From the NCBI GenBank assembly GCA_965235115.1, contig OZ249440.1, positions 33,048,001 to 33,112,000 of the forward strand: a stretch of DNA of 64,000 nucleotides, given 5' to 3'. Within the stretch, counting starts at the first letter, position 1. Each line of letters begins with the position of its first letter. A program made the translations under genes and the position numbers. Below the pieces are notes generated by a model. That model had not been told where the DNA came from and ran no database searches. It worked only from the letters and a program-made list of their open reading frames with translations. This document shows positions 63,195-64,000 of the stretch, one piece after another. Source of the stretch: Laetmonice hystrix. Taxonomy: Eukaryota.

Positions 63195-64000
63195 CCGTTA
63201 TCCACTGGGTAACCAACTCTTGGCTGCTGCAGTCCTGTTCTCCGGTTCAACATACACAAGTGACAAGGTTTCATCAGATGTGTAGTTTCCTCAACTTGCA
63301 TGTGCCAGTCCCCCCAACATACTTTAGGCTGCAGTCCCTGTTTCTCTGTCCCGTTGTGGCGCATGCTTGGCAACAGGAAAAGACTTTGGTTCAGAGTGAC
63401 CTGGCCAAACAACAGAGCGTTCAGTTGATTGGAAATGCTCGATGCGATTCGCCGGGCTACTCGGCAAAGTACAGCACGTATACCATGATGGATACTGAGG
63501 GCAGAATTGTTGACTTTGCTTTAGTGCAGGTGACAGAGGTGAAGTCCTCCCAAGCAATGGAGCTTGAAGGGTTCAAGCATACTCTCGACAACATTCAGCA
63601 TGCAGACATTGACATTGGCATTGTTGCCACTGATAGACATATCAGCATCAGAAAAGAAATGAAGCTGCATTCAAGCATCAACCACCAGTTTGATATTTGG
63701 CATTTTGCAAAGAATATAAGAAAGTCTCTGGAAGCAAAGGCAAAGAAGAAAATGTATGCCGATTTAGAGCCATGGGTTCAGTCAGTCAGTAATCATCTTT
63801 GGTGGTGTAGTGCAACGTGTGATGGCAATGCAGAGGTACTGCGAGAAAAATGGTGTTCCATTCTCTTCCACATAACGAACGTACATTCGTGGGAAACCGG
63901 CAAACTGTTCCATCAGTGTGCACATGCAGCTGTCTCGCCAGATGAAGCAAGAAGAAAGAAGTGGTTGAAAATTGACTCTGCGTCTTATGTAGCACTGGAG
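63195..64000 (+). CDS. Kolobok transposase core fragment, running off the window end
   Basis: Manual translation: GNARCDSPGYSAKYSTY..SSQAMELEG..ATDRH..HQFDIWH..NHLWWC..KWCSILFHITNVHSW..CAH; 5' part truncated and frameshifted. Confidence 0.85.

Overview
Eukaryotic genomic DNA, most likely from a marine invertebrate (inferred from the transposon repertoire, GT-AG introns and SINE type). I found no host gene, CRISPR array or prokaryotic operon. Almost the whole 64 kb is nested transposable elements. Retroelements: three pieces of an RNase H-bearing I-group (Nimb-like) LINE, a CR1-group LINE 3' fragment, an Ngaro-like tyrosine-recombinase element, a full-length but decayed Copia with near-identical LTRs, a large fragmented Gypsy, a solo LTR and tRNA-derived SINEs. 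DNA transposons: two hAT-related (hATx-like) transposase genes, one apparently intact and intron-containing, plus Harbinger, EnSpm/CACTA, Academ and Kolobok remnants, a Sola2-like foldback and many MITEs. Many insertions keep their target-site duplications (TSDs), so the nesting order can be rebuilt by eye. The main leads are the intact ~905-aa spliced transposase, a zinc-finger accessory ORF just before a Gypsy-type PPT/3' LTR, a Gypsy<Kolobok<Copia nest, a LINE split by 4.5 kb of inserts, a LINE/SINE pair with similar tails, and a strand-biased block resembling a piRNA cluster. Superfamily labels come from recalled motifs and TSD rules, not database searches.
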